Positions 52,683 to 64,000 of a stretch of 64,000 nucleotides of DNA are shown piece by piece. The notes beneath the pieces were generated by a model that saw only the letters and a list, made by a program, of their open reading frames with translations, was not told the DNA's origin and searched no databases. The stretch spans positions 72,478,001-72,542,000 of the forward strand of contig OZ024741.1 of NCBI GenBank assembly GCA_964016885.1. The letters run 5' to 3'. This DNA is from Eledone cirrhosa. Taxonomy: Eukaryota. Within the stretch, counting starts at the first letter, position 1; the number at the start of each line of letters is the position of its first letter. The position numbers and the translations under genes are program-made.

Positions 52683-53082
52683 TAATGTATGCATGTATGT
52701 GCGTATCTGTATGAAAGTACGTATGTAGTTTATTGAATGCCAACGAAAAAGATTGTATACCTAAACGCACGGTCCCTCCCCCCACACGCACGCATACATA
52801 TGTCTGTACATGCGTACATGCGTACATGCGTATGTGTGTATGTGTGAATGTGTGTAGGTGTGTATGTGTGTATGTGTATGTGTGCACGCGTGTGTGGGTC
52901 TATAATGATATTTCTATTATCCCCCATCACCTGAGATACGATGTCAATCGAATAATTACGAAATCAAGCGAAATAATATCTTAATCATACGGAAAAGTAC
53001 GAACTGACTGGAGGAAGGGTGTATAGGGATGTGTACAGCTACACAAATACATGCACGAACGTATATACTTATACACACACAA

Positions 53083-53115
<33 letters not shown>

Positions 53116-53166
53116 CGTACACACATACACACACACATATATATTTATATACGTACAATCCTACAT

Positions 53167-53239
<73 letters not shown>

Positions 53240-53370
53240 CGTACATACATGCACACACATACATACATACAAGACATGTCAACATGAATGGACCTGTTAT
53301 TTTTTATCTAAAGACATTTTTTCCAATTCCAACCCGCCCGTCCCCTCAATCTATCTTATTTCTCATTATT

Positions 53371-53407
53371 TCTCCCGATGAAGGACTAGCGTCCGAAACA
53401 TTAAGAC
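53371..53407 (+). ncRNA. Degenerate minimal HHR (U4>C) of a separate PLE end
   Basis: CCGATGA-AGGAC tagc GTCC-GAAA-CAT-TA-AGA. Confidence 0.55.
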
Positions 53408-53631
53408 CCTCTTCCTTAATAGGACGAAACATTGTTGGCTAATAAAGACTTTTGATGTATTGAAGGCTTCTTTGGTTTATTTGTTATAATTCTTCGGCTC
53501 TGTTAAATTACATTGAGCTATATCTTATACTGTCATTTCTATAACATGAAGAGGGTGTTTAACTCCAACACACTCTAGTATTTTAATTCTCATTACGGCT
53601 CCCGATTGGTTGAGTTTCTTCCTATATACTG

Positions 53632-56361
53632 GTGTTTTGGCCTTTATATATATCTGACAGTATGCTAACAAAGAGCTACCTGCCTTTATCTCTGAAGAAT
53701 ATTCCCATCCCCTCTAGAAATACTTATGAAAAACTCTTAATTGCTAGTGTTAACTCCTTCGTAAAAAGGATTAGATGGCGTGCTTTCCACTTTCATATTA
53801 ATAGGAATGGGATTGACCCCCGGGATAGGACTCGTTTCAATAACTTTGGTTTCAAGACTTATAAGAGCCCACCGCATAATGTTCTACTAGATAATTTTGA
53901 GAACGATTTACTTTCCCTTGTCAAAAATATAAAGTATAGGCCGTATAATAGATATGGGAACTATAATAAGTTCGACAGGTTCCAGTCTAAATTTAAGAAT
54001 ATCGTTAAGGATTTTAAAGGGAATAAGTGTATTCTTGTCCCGGCTGACAAGACTAAGAATCTTTACTCTATGGATTACAATGCTTACCGTAATTTTATCT
54101 ATAAGGAGCTGCATAAAAATTACAAAAAGACAACGCAAGATAATTTGGATCATATCAATAATGAGGGTCTCAAGATAGTTTCGGACCTGGGCCTTGATAA
54201 GTATACCCAGCCATATTACCCTAGGGAACCGAGATTCACTCTTAAGGATCATAAGGTAGACTTCATTAGTAATCCTTCTATTAGACTCATTAGTCCTTCT
54301 AAGTCTGATATAGCTATTATTAGTAAGAAAATCCTTGACCTGATTATACCAGCCGTTAGGGAAAAGGTTCATTTTAATCTATGGGGGAACACTAAGGATG
54401 TTATAGATTGGTTCTCTGGTATTAATAAACCTGAGTCTAGTAGGTTTATCCAGTTTGATATTGATGCCTATTACACGTCGATTTCACCTATCCTCCTTAA
54501 TAAAGCCTTAATTATGGCCATGCGAGTGTCTAGCCTTACATGACCGCAGATTGATGTTATACTAGCAGCCCGTAGGACTATCATCAATTTCGAGGATACA
54601 CTTTGGATGCGTAAAAACACACCCAACAATTTCGACGTTACAATGGGTTCGAGTGATTCGGCCCAGGTAACTGATCTTGTTGGGCTGTTCCTCCTAAATG
54701 AACTGTATGTTACCTTTCCGCACCTTAAAGGCGGACTTTATCGTGACGATGCATTGTTTGTGATAAACTCTAGCACCAACAACATTGAGCATAATAGGAA
54801 GAAACTTTATAAATTTTTTTTAAATTTTAACCTTTCGATCACGATTGATAGAAATGATAGGGCGGTCAACTTTTTAGATGTGACTTTGGACTTGGTCACT
54901 AATAGTTATAAACCCTTCTATAAGCCAAATGAGATACTCTGTTATGTTAATCCCAATTCTAACCACCCCAAATCTATGATTAGCTCTATAATTAACGGTG
55001 TATCTAATAGAATTTCCACACTCTCTAAGGATATAGGAATATTTAATTCACATGCAGAGTACTATAATAATGCCTTAGCTAACTCTGGTTACTCTGGTAA
55101 AATACGTTATAATGAGAACAACCTTAGAAAGTCTCCGTTTACCCATAATAATAATAACGTAATTTCCCATAATATGGCCATGAATGGGAGTAGAAAGCAT
55201 AAGAATCGTAGAAATCCCATAGGTGTATCCGAACCCACCCATAGGTTAAGCTACCGTAATCGTAATAGTGAGTCTAATGGTACACTTTTCGGGATTAGTT
55301 CTAGGGAACAAGTTAGGCACTCTGATCGCTCACCCAGTGGTAATGTTTTTACTAATTCTAATAGTGTTGTTTCAACTGATCCTGGTAGTAACCCTAATCC
55401 TATTGATATGATTCCAGATAACAGTAGATATACTAAAGGTAGAAACAGAAGGAGACTCAATAGGGTTTTGGCTGCTTCTAATAATGTTGTTTCAACTAGT
55501 CCTCGTAGTAATCCTGATCCTATTAGTGGGATACTGGATAACCGTAGAGTTCGTAAGGATAGAAATAGGAGGAGACTCAATACTTATTTTAACCCGCCTT
55601 ATGATCATGAAGTATTAACTAACATCCCTAGGTCTTTCTTTTCTATCTTAGAGAAAAATGTCCCTCCTACTAATAAATATCATGGTATTTTTAATAAAAA
55701 TGTAATTAAACTATCATTCTCTACCACCCCTAATATTAGTTCTCATTTAGCTAGCACTAATAATAAACAAATTAGGGACAGCTACTCCTCTTTGCGTACT
55801 ACTAGTCTTGATAGCTCCATTAATGCCTTACCACCTGAGCAGACCTTATCTTATAATAACCCTAGAAGTGATGCATCACTTATTCAGCCGGTAAATAGCA
55901 CCAGGAAGTGTAACTGTAGAGTAAGTATTAACTGCCCTTTAAATGGTCACTGCCTCTCTAGGAACATTGTTTATGCTTGTAAAGTTAAGACTGATTCTTC
56001 TAATAGCACATATATAGGCTCCACATCTAATACTTTTAAAACTAGGTTTAATTCTCATATCTCTAATTTTAAGCATGTTAAGTTTAAGAACTCTACTTCT
56101 TTAGCACACCATATCTGGGATCTTAAAGGGGCAGGCATGCCACATAGCCTTAATTGGCGTATAGTAGCACGCTCTAATAACCTATCAACACACACTAAAT
56201 TCTGTAATCTCTGTATCCTAGAGACCCACTCTATAATTTTCTCTAGGGAAGTTTTGCTTAATAGAAAGTCTGAGATTTTTTCTTCCTGCCCCCATGCCAT
56301 TTCTAATGCTTTCTTCTATTATAGACCTAATAGTTCTGGTAGTTTAAATCGTATCCATTAG
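53632..56361 (+). CDS. RT + GIY-YIG ORF (~900 codons) with one in-frame TGA at 54541-54543
   Basis: The two ORFs are in the same frame (offset 975). Motifs ADKTKN, LKDHK, FDIDAYY, MGS.D.A, LYRDD, CNCR...CPLNGHC, IVY..YIGST and C.LC..E. Confidence 0.85.
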
Positions 56362-57592
56362 CTGCTATATTTCCTTATCTTTTTTGTTTAGGTTCATTTT
56401 GATTACCATCATCTTTATTATTATTAGTTTTTTTACTACTTTTCGATTTTAGTTTCCATAGTCTTTTGGCTACCATAACCTATATATCGTCTTAAGCATT
56501 ATTATAGTTTCACTACTAACACCTTATGGGTTTATATCTTATTAAATACTTTGGTTGGAGTCTCATTCAACTAATGTACCTCCTCCTCTACACACTTAAT
56601 ATCCGCCCCTTCTATTATACTATATATAAATTTCACCTTTATGCTCCTTTTATGATATTTTATAATATATTGATTTTACTTTTATGCTCCTTCCTATCCT
56701 CCATAACCTCTCTTCTTTCTGTTCCCATTGGTCTACCATAGTTCTATTTAGAGTCCTTTTATTTGATAACGTTATTCGACTGAACGGAGCATATTTTACT
56801 CTATTCTTGATAATTTTATTGAAATATCTCAAACTTATACGTTTTTGATGACTTAAACTATAGCCAATTTTGAAGTGACTAAATATGTATTTTAAATACT
56901 TTTAATATTAATTAATTTAAAAAGGTTTTCTAGTCAATTCGCCGCTTACATTTCTATCTCTTCTTTTACTTAACCGCTTGTGACACCTAAGTAAATATAC
57001 TTGTTTTTGTTTTTCGATCTTCGGTTTATTTAATTTATTTTTTTACTACGACACGCTGTTCATTAATATATGTCTGTGTATCTCAACCACGTAAATATTT
57101 ATTAAGCATTTCCATAGACTCTGTTTGATATTTGATATTAATGTTGTTATATCATATCATTTTTATGTAATCGTATTATAGATTTTAATATATGTTATTT
57201 GTAGTACTGTCCTGTTATATATTTTGTAATATTTTGTGATATTTTGGTAATACTTATGCCAATGTAAAACGACTTTACCTCCGTGTATTTGTTACAATGG
57301 TATAGATATTTTTTTCAACACAATTTTTTCAACACTATTTTTTCAACACTATTTAGTTCTATATGATTTTTTTTCTTACCCTGTGTAAAACTTTATACTA
57401 TTTGTTAACCTTGAATTATATATATGATGTAATTTTGTATATCTTTTGATGCCAATATATTATAATATTGTTTTTATAATGTTATTATAATGTTTTTATA
57501 TTGTTTATGCACACTGACAGGGAATTATATATTATATTTTATTTTTATTTTTATCTTTATTCTTATTTTTATCTTTATTATATTATACTGTA

Positions 57593-57637
<45 letters not shown>

Positions 57638-58001
57638 CTTAATAAGTGTTAGTTTGTGTTTGTACTAATGTATATATGTATATATATATATATATATACA
57701 TATATTAAGCTTTTTATTATCACCATCTATTATATTATATTATATTCTATATCGTACTGTAATTATCGCATTATATTACCATTTGTGTTTCAAGTTTTTG
57801 CATTATATAATATTTACAATGTGGGTTCAACATGTTAATCACTTCCTTGCTATTTGGTCTATATCTATATTTGTAACTGCTCACTCTTAATCTTAGCCTA
57901 CTTTTCCTTGATATCCTTCCTGGGCTTTAATAGATGTATACTCCATATTCTTCTGAGTTTTTGGCTTGTATTGGCCGATAGTGCTTCTTGTAGCTTTACT
58001 T

Positions 58002-58039
58002 GCCCTGATGAGTCCTTAATAGGACGAAACATTGTTGGC
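58002..58039 (+). ncRNA. Minimal HHR in the 3' pseudo-LTR
   Basis: GCC-CTGATGA-GTCCT taat AGGAC-GAAA-CATTG-TT-GGC, followed by AATAAA. Confidence 0.85.
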
Positions 58040-58093
58040 TAATAAAGACTTTTGATGTATTGAAGGCTTCTTTGGTTTATTTTTTATAATTTT

Positions 58094-58130
<37 letters not shown>

Positions 58131-58132
<2 letters not shown>

Positions 58133-58650
58133 TCTTAGTACGGCTGTTACTTAAATATAAGTATGTATACGTACATACATATATGTATACAGACGTACAG
58201 TAGTATGTATATATATATACATACATGCACACATATATATATATGTACGTATGGATTCACCAAACATTTATTATAATGCTCGGTGTGTTTGTAAACAAAC
58301 ATCCCGTATTAAGCCGCAGTGTCTAACAACCACCGTTGCTCGTTTGTTCAACACTGACAAAGGAACGCTGTACTAGTTTCAAGCTTGTTAGCTATCGTCA
58401 GCAACGTATACCTTCCTGCCAGATTGTTGAACGTCCGAAAGTATATACTTTCCTTATGCATATTAACGGCTGAGTAGCCCAATTTGCATATCGAGTGGGT
58501 TAATCGGCCGGGTGCACCGAAAACGATAAACGGAAAAAATGAAACGAAATTTCATTTCCCACTCTTAGTACGGCTGTTACTTAAATATAAGTATGTATAC
58601 GTACATACATATATGTATACAGACGTACAGTATATATATATACATACATG
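58131..58650 (-). mobile_element. 430-bp partial-tandem non-coding unit with one HHR (retrozyme-like)
   Basis: ACTCTTAGTACGGCTG... (~70 bp) is repeated at 58131 and 58561. Confidence 0.75.
58366..58406 (-). ncRNA. Minimal type-I HHR
   Basis: CGTTG-CTGACGA-TAGCT aaca AGCTT-GAAA-CTAG-TA-CAGCG. Confidence 0.8.
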
Positions 58651-58878
58651 AATATATATATACTGTATATTGCTTTATATCTGGAGATCTCTCTGCACTT
58701 GTCGTCAAGTACCATGGGCCTAGCACTATGTTTCAATAATTGTCACAAGTTTAGTGTTTGTACCAGAGTTTTCAAGTCGCTGGCTGGACTAAAAAGTCAC
58801 ACTCGTTTAGCTCATCGGTAGGGGTTTTCTTACATGGATATAAAGTAGTGGCCGTACTCGAAAACGAGTTGGCAGCCA

Positions 58879-58944
<66 letters not shown>

Positions 58945-59516
58945 ACATAATCATACATGCATGCATACATATTTATGCATGCACATACATATACATACAC
59001 ACACATACACACTGCAACATATACATACAAAGATTATACATACAGAATTAGGAACACATAATTAGAGACGCATTCATGTATGTTGTATGCATGTTGTATG
59101 CATGTATGCATGTATGCACGTAAATGTATGTATGTTTGTATGCATACATGTAAATGTATGTATGTATGTGTGTGTATGTGTATATGTGTGTACGTATGTA
59201 TGCATGTATGTGTGTGAGTGTGTATGTATGCATGTCAATGTACATATGCATGTATGTATGTGTGTGAGTGTGTGTGTGTATGTATGCATGTCAATGTATA
59301 TATGTATGTATGTATATATGTATGTATGTGTGTATGTATGTATGTATGTATGTGTGTGTGTACGTATGCATGTCAATGTATATATCTATACTTCATTGTG
59401 TATATATGTTGGTGTTAGATAAAATAATGATAATCTTGGTAATTTGGCGACAAACCACAAATGAACAAAATTACATGGAATGAGGTGGTATAGGGAGGAT
59501 TGATGTGAGAAGGCAC

Positions 59517-59552
59517 AACACTAACAACAACAACAACAACAACAACAACTGC

Positions 59553-59592
<40 letters not shown>

Positions 59593-59671
59593 TAAACAAC
59601 AACAACAACAACAACAACAGAAACAACAACTGCAACAACAACAGAAACAACAACTGCAACAACAACAACAA

Positions 59672-59706
<35 letters not shown>

Positions 59707-59744
59707 GAAACAACAACTGCAACAACAACAGAAACAACAACAGC

Positions 59745-59796
<52 letters not shown>

Positions 59797-60265
59797 GAAA
59801 CAACAGCTGCTACAACAACAGAAACATAAATAACAACAACAACAACAACAACAACAACACCAACAACAACAACAACAACAACAACATAAACAACAACAAC
59901 AACAACAACAACAGAAACAACAACTGCAACAACAACAGAAACAACTGCAACAACAGAAACAACAGCAGCAACAACAACCACAACAACAACACCAACAGAA
60001 GCAACAACAACAAGAACAGCAGAAACAACAACAACAACAACAACAAAAGCAACAAGCATAGCAGCAGAAACAACAGCAGCAACAACAACAGAAACAACAA
60101 CAACAGAAACAACATCAACACTAACAGAAAGAACAACGACAACAGCAACAGGAACAACAATAACCACAACCCCCACAACATCAACAGAAACAACAATGAA
60201 GACAACACTAACAATAATGACAACATCAACAAAAATAAGAGCAACAAGAACAATAACAACAATAT
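59517..60265. repeat. Long interrupted (AAC)n microsatellite
   Basis: Directly visible. Confidence 0.95.
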
Positions 60266-60287
60266 CAAATCATTATTACAACTTTCC

Positions 60288-60612
60288 AGTCTGAGTTCAA
60301 ATCCCGCCGAGGTTAACTTTGCCTTTCATCCTTACGGGGTCGATAAAATAAAGTACCAGTAATGCACTGGATGATTGCTGGCCTTGTGCCAAAAGTTGAA
60401 ACAATTATTACAATAATGGGCGGTGGATTGGCAGTATCTGTAGAGAGCCAGACACCATGCCTTGCAGCATAGAGTTACAGCCCATTACGGTCTGAGTCTC
60501 AAATCCCGCTGAGGTTAACTTTACCTTTCATCCTTACGGATTCGATAAAATAAAGTACCAGTAATGCACCGAGGTAATAGCTGGCCTTGTGCTTAAAGTA
60601 AAAACAATTATT
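60288..60612 (+). mobile_element. Two tandem SINE family A copies
   Basis: Match to 46650-46842. Confidence 0.85.
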
Positions 60613-61087
60613 ACTTTAATATCAGCAACAACTGCAATATCAACAATGACAATAGCAACAGTAACAAGGACAATACCCCTCCCCCCACTACAACTACCAC
60701 TACTAAAACCAACACCACTACCACAACTACTACCACCACCACCACTACCGCTACCACAACAACAACAATTGTTACAACTACCACTGCAACCAACGTAACA
60801 ACCTCCACCGCTACCACTATCACTACAATAGCCACCACCACCACCACCACCACCACCACCACCGCTACCACTATTACCGCAACCACCATTTCAAATCACT
60901 ACCACAATCACTGCAACATAGATCACTACTACAACCATTACAATCACCCCCTCCACCACCACCATCACTACGCCAACATTATGACGATGTTGTTGCAGTT
61001 GTTATAGTTGTAGTTGTTGTTTTTAATGTTATAATGGTTATAGTTGTAGATGGTGGTGATATAATTGTTACCATGAATGAGAATATA

Positions 61088-61117
<30 letters not shown>

Positions 61118-61119
<2 letters not shown>

Positions 61120-61359
61120 ACGAAGGAAATGTGGTAAGGAACCAGGTGGACCATAACGCACCAAAGTACTCAATACTTAGGGTAGTAGAGTGGGTAATAG
61201 GAACGAGTAGGACTCCGACGGCTGAGCTCAAGCCGTTTCGACGGCTAATTCTGGACTAAATGAAAATTTTTATCCTGGTATATCAGGATAAAAATTTTCA
61301 TTTAGTCCAGAATTAGCCGTCGCAACGGCTTGAGCTCAGCCGTCGGGGTCCTACTCGTT

Positions 61360-61363
<4 letters not shown>
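61118..61363. mobile_element. Family Y fold-back element, longest copy (80-bp arms)
   Basis: 61198-61277 is inverted at 61284-61363. Confidence 0.85.
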
Positions 61364-61409
<46 letters not shown>

Positions 61410-61410
<1 letters not shown>

Positions 61411-62157
61411 TAGCTAAAATAACCGTCCTTTGGACGGTTCAAGTAGCTTTCGATGTAGCTCATTAAACTAAACAAAGTAAATTTGAATACATAGAAGAAA
61501 AACGTACTTTATGTAAACATGAAAATCTTAGGCACTATTCCAGCGAAATAATTAATATGTGAGCTCGGTGTCATCCGTTATACCATGTAACAACAGAAAT
61601 CCAGTCTAGGTATAAATTTTTTTGACAACAGTAAAAGCGCATCATGAAATACAGAAGTGAAGTGAATAATAGACACTATTATGTACAAAGCATAATATTG
61701 TAAAAGTTATGACATCACTTAATGTATGAACATCAAGCTTGAAACGATAAATTATACAATGTCAAATCTATAACTTAACTTAGTAATCTGAGAGAAACTG
61801 CTGGTTGTGAAATATACAAAATGATGTTAGTCTCAAGGAAGCGTACCTTTTGTTTCAAGTACAAAGAGTAAATTAAAGAGCCGAATTACGAAAGATAACT
61901 CGTCTTACTTAAAGATAATCTTGCCTTACTTAATCACTAAAATTGGCATAAATTAACCGAAACTTTTTTAATGTCTCCAAAGGCCCCAATATCGATTTTT
62001 GAAAGCCTTTGTAGATCATGTACAGGTTTTGTGCAAGGAGAAGCTCTTTAAAAAATGTCAAAGAAATCGCATGAATGGTTTAGAATATATGAGCCCTCAT
62101 TAAAAATTGTCCACATACACACACATACAGAAAACTTCATCTTTATATATATACAGA
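61410..62157 (-). mobile_element. Non-autonomous Helitron
   Basis: Minus strand A|TCTGTATATATATAAAGATGAAG start, terminal hairpin AACCGTCC-aaa-GGACGGTT, then CTAG|T. Confidence 0.85.
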
Positions 62158-62402
62158 TATACTTTGTGAAGGCGTGTGGCTGAGTGGTTAGAGAATTGGA
62201 TTCGCAATCGTGAGGTTGATTCCCTAACCGGGCGATGCGTCATGTCCTTGAGCAAGACACTCAATTTCACGTTGTTCCTTCTACCTGGAGTTGCGACCGA
62301 TAGATAGTATTAGCAATTGGAAAGACCAATGGAAACATTGTTTCCTCGGTCCGATTTGACGAAAGTCGATCGTTCCTTTATGCATTTATGCATATAATAA
62401 TA

Positions 62403-63280
62403 ATTGTTTCTACTTTAGGGACAAGGCCAGCAATTACCCAGTTCATTACTGGTACTTTATTTTATCGACCCCGTAAGGATGAAAGGCAAAGTCAACCTCG
62501 GCGGGATTTGAACTCAGATCGTAAAGGGACGTAACTATGCTGGAAAGCATGGCGTCCGACCCTCTACCGATACTGCCAATCCACCATGGTTTCTTATATA
62601 GGCACAAGGCCAGCATTTTTGGCGGAGGGGAAAGTCGATTAAAACGACCCCAGTGCGTGACTGGTACTTTATTTTATCGACCCCATAAGGATGAACGGCA
62701 AAGCTAACCTCAGCGAGATTTGAACTCAGAATGTAAAGGGACATAACTCTATACTGCAAAATATGGTGTCTGACGCTCTACCGATAAATAATAATAACAA
62801 TTGTTTCTACTTTTGGTACAAGGCCAGCAATTACCCCAGTGCATTACTGGTACTTTATTTTATCGACCCCCGTAAGGATGAAAGGCAAAGTTAACCTCGG
62901 TGGGATTTGAACTCAGATACAAAAGGGCCGTAACTCTATGCTACAAAGCATGCGCCCGACTCTCTACCGATACTGCAAATAATAAAGCCTTCTTTATTAA
63001 CCACAAGGGTTGACATAAAGTATAACATTAAGGACAGCACAGGACGGTACAGGGCGGTACAGGACGGTACAAATGGGCATTTCTGCGTGTAATAATTGTT
63101 TCTACGTTAGGCACAAGGCCAGCAATTAACTAGTGTATTACTGGTACTTTATTTTATCGACCCCGTAAGGATGAAAGGTAAAGTTAACTTCGGCGGGATT
63201 TGAACTCAGAATGGAAAGGGCCGTAACTCTATGCGCCAAAGCATGGCATCCGACACTCTACCAATACTGCCAATCCACCA
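62403..63280 (-). mobile_element. Cluster of four SINE family A copies
   Basis: Copies at ~62403-62585, 62600-62785, 62800-62977 and 63095-63280. Confidence 0.85.
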
Positions 63281-63607
63281 AATAATTTTGTTTTATTTTA
63301 TCAATGGTGAGGGTGATGGTAAGACCAATGGGGCGTATCGAAATATTGTGAAGATGGCCACAACGAAAAGACGACGTTATGTGGATAACTAGAGAAATAT
63401 CGATATGTCACGAATTGAGACGTATACGTAGAGACTCTCTTTCACACACATATACATATAGATAAATATATGTCTTTGTCTCTGTGTGTGTGTGTGTGTG
63501 TGTGCGTGTGTGTGTGTGTGTGTAATACTGACGTAAACATACACACTGACACATGTGCACAAACACATAAAGTAAAGGCGACAAGTCACATACACACACA
63601 CACACAC

Positions 63608-63644
<37 letters not shown>

Positions 63645-63649
63645 CACGC

Positions 63650-63745
<96 letters not shown>

Positions 63746-64000
63746 ATAGATAGAGAGAGAAAGAGAGAGAGAGAGAGAGGGAGAGAGAGAGGAGAGAGGG
63801 GGGTTGGAAATTTGGTGTTTGTATATCCAACTGTGCGTATCGGAATACTATAGTAGCGAATGAAAGTGGCAGACGAAGAAAATATCGTTATTTGGACGAC
63901 GAGAGTAGTTGCAAGGTTTCAGGAAACCTCCCTGCATATTCATGTTTGTAGAAGAATGTTAGAGGTTAGTTTTAATACAATTCAACATTGTATGAATAGG

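Larger units (their letters stand above)
53413..58091 (+). mobile_element. Near-intact Penelope-like element (probably Hydra-like C-terminal-EN clade) with direct pseudo-LTR repeats
   Basis: 53413-53490 is repeated at 58013-58091. One long ORF is followed by a ~1.7-kb AT-rich 3' region. Confidence 0.9.

Noticed and set aside
59415-60362. Poly-Asn/Val/Leu ORFs
   Set aside because: These are translations of an (AAC)n microsatellite running into a SINE.

Overview
Eukaryotic, AT-rich, repeat-saturated DNA with no recognisable host gene. The microsatellite load and SINE types suggest an animal, probably a cephalopod (inference). Most ORF-track entries are microsatellite translations. The real coding content is transposon-derived: four Penelope-like elements (PLEs), one of them near-intact at 53.4-58.1 kb; two near-full-length Tx1/L1-type LINEs plus a 3' fragment; RTE and RLE-type LINE fragments; Helitrons; two MITEs; and more than 25 tRNA-derived SINE copies. 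The most notable signal is a dense set of minimal type-I hammerhead ribozyme (HHR) motifs, about 14 complete or near-complete plus several half-motifs, from roughly ten unrelated sequence families. Many lie in short non-coding fold-back or partial-tandem cassettes inserted in (TA)n, consistent with non-autonomous PLE or retrozyme-like elements. All folds were read by eye and none was computed.
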